A DNA stretch of 62,255 bases, the filler included, from Dimargaris cristalligena (taxonomy: Eukaryota): the NCBI GenBank assembly GCA_003614675.1. It is 14 parts of 14 records of this genome, joined end to end, with 100 filler letters (N's around TTAATTAATTAA, not from the genome) between each part and the next. Parts side by side here need not be neighbours in the genome. Positions count along the whole stretch, not along the records: positions 57,931 to 62,255 come from ML003801.1; 13 more parts are not named here. One strand, 5' to 3'. Each line of letters begins with the position of its first letter. The first letter of the stretch is position 1. The notes beneath the pieces were generated by a model. It was not told the origin of the DNA, searched no databases, and saw nothing but the letters and a program-made list of their open reading frames with translations. Below, in pieces: positions 60,901 through 62,255 of the stretch. The position numbers and the translations under genes were made by a program.

Positions 60901-62255
60901 ACCAACGCGACGATCCGGATCCTCCCCAGGTTGCTGCACGGCTCATGGTATTAGTGGCTGACTATCCTATCCCCCGAGGAGAGGCGACGGGTCCTCACGA
61001 ATATGTCCCCGGTAATATCCATATCTGGGAACCGCTGGTCCCTAATTTGATTGATCTACTGCACCATCCCCAGGAGCGATTGGTCGACTGGGCCCACCGG
61101 CTGTTGGATACTCTGGCAGCTGAGCTCACTGCGCCGGCACAACTCTCCCAATTTCTATTCCGCATAACTGTGGCCCAGCAGGGGCTCGATTCCCTGCGAT
61201 ACCCGCGGGCCCGCCGTTACTTGATACGACTCGCCCAGGCCCCCGCGGGAGAGGTTACGCACCGAGTCTCCGAGCTAGATGGTATGATACGTCACTTGCA
61301 GCGAATCGCCGTTCTTTGGGAGGAGCGACTTTACTATCTATTGGCCCGGCTTATACCCCGCTCTGAGGCCCTTTTAGCCCAGGCGAGCAAGGGGGAGCGC
61401 CGGGGTTGGATCCGTGCTCTGGCCCTCCTCGTGGAACCTTTCCAGCAGACGCTTCGCCACAGCTGGGACACCGTCGGCAAGTCGCCCCACGAACGGCGGT
61501 TCTTGCATGACTTTGGACCGGCGCTGCAGGCAGTCCTCAAGGCATTTGGAGACGTTCAATGTCCCAGTGACGGGGAGAAGGCCCTGAGGCGAGCCGCCGA
61601 TCTTTCCCGCCGTCTCCTCCAACGCATATCCACCCCCCGTGTCTTGATGCTGAGCGACCTTAGCCCGTGGTTGGCTAATATGGCTAATTTGTCTTTTTCT
61701 ATTCCTGGCACCGACTCGCGGTGTGCTTCGCTGCAGCGATTCGGGCCGAATGTGACCGTCTTAACCACCAAGACCAAGCCCAAGAAGATCCAATGGCTGG
61801 ACAGCCACGGGGTTTCCCGCACCTATCTCCTTAAGGGCATGGAGAACCCGCGTCCGGACGAACAAACCATGCAGGGACTGGCCGCTTTTAATCGCTGGTT
61901 GGGATGGCCGGGTGCGCAGTCGTTGCCTAGAATTGATCCGGTGTCGGTGTACGCTGTCGTGCCCTTGGGACCCGCTTGTGCGTTGATTGAGTGGGTCCCG
62001 GCCGTTACCTCCGTTTACCAGATCTACCGCCGGTGGTGTGTACAAGAGCAGGGCCTTTATTCCTCTTTAATTGGCCAGGCGGATGACCCTGCCCGTTCCT
62101 TTGTTACCGTGGGAGCATCGCCGTCGCCAGCCAAGGCCCGGCGTAGGGCGACTAAACGATACGGCAGTCGTTCGACATCCCCTCGCCGCCACCGCCCCCG
62201 GGCCGACGGGCTACCGGAGGATTCCGCCACCCCACCACTCTTTCTCCGTAAACCT
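57932..62255 (+). CDS. SMG1: SMG1-like PIKK kinase, partial at both ends; intron 58718..58958
   Basis: The long frame from 58959 runs off the window, so it is absent from the ORF track. It encodes WEPLVPNL...LHHP, LQRIAVLWEE, VLTTKTKPKKIQWLDSHG..RTYLLKGMEN.R.DE..MQ, YAVVPLG....LIEWV...TSVYQIYRRW. TKTKPKK is the SMG1-type signature; exon 1 has VRTFYR..R. Intron CAG|GTAAGT...TTTACTAG|CAA is in phase. Confidence 0.85.

Noticed and set aside
1..62255. Apparent clustering of RNA-processing genes (UTP25, UTP6, DCP1, SMG1, TTI1) and organic-acid enzymes (MUT, ICL, aconitase fusion)
   Set aside because: They lie on different contigs joined by artificial spacers in size order; only within-contig neighbours (DCP1/MUT, UTP6/TTI1) are real.

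Overview
Eukaryotic fungal DNA, not one locus. The window is 14 unrelated contigs of about 4.2-4.4 kb, almost all in decreasing length order, joined by 100-bp artificial spacers (N44-TTAATTAATTAA-N44), so adjacency across spacers means nothing. GT-AG introns, a B12-dependent methylmalonyl-CoA mutase and a SMG1 kinase point to a non-Dikarya, early-diverging fungus (inference; small secreted proteins fit a parasitic lifestyle). Host genes, mostly truncated by contig ends: UTP25, a DHA1-type MFS transporter, DCP1, methylmalonyl-CoA mutase, SIP5, a dehydrogenase-aconitase(large+small) fusion, UTP6, TTI1, isocitrate lyase, TOP1, SMG1, tRNA-iMet and three small secreted proteins (one is signal peptide + F-box). 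Mobile DNA: two unrelated Ty3/gypsy elements that both carry dUTPase but at different positions (before protease behind a -1 frameshift, or between RNase H and integrase), a copia remnant, three LTR-like repeat families and a 138-bp TA-targeting MITE. Repeats show intense C-to-T/G-to-A decay at CpG and also CpA.
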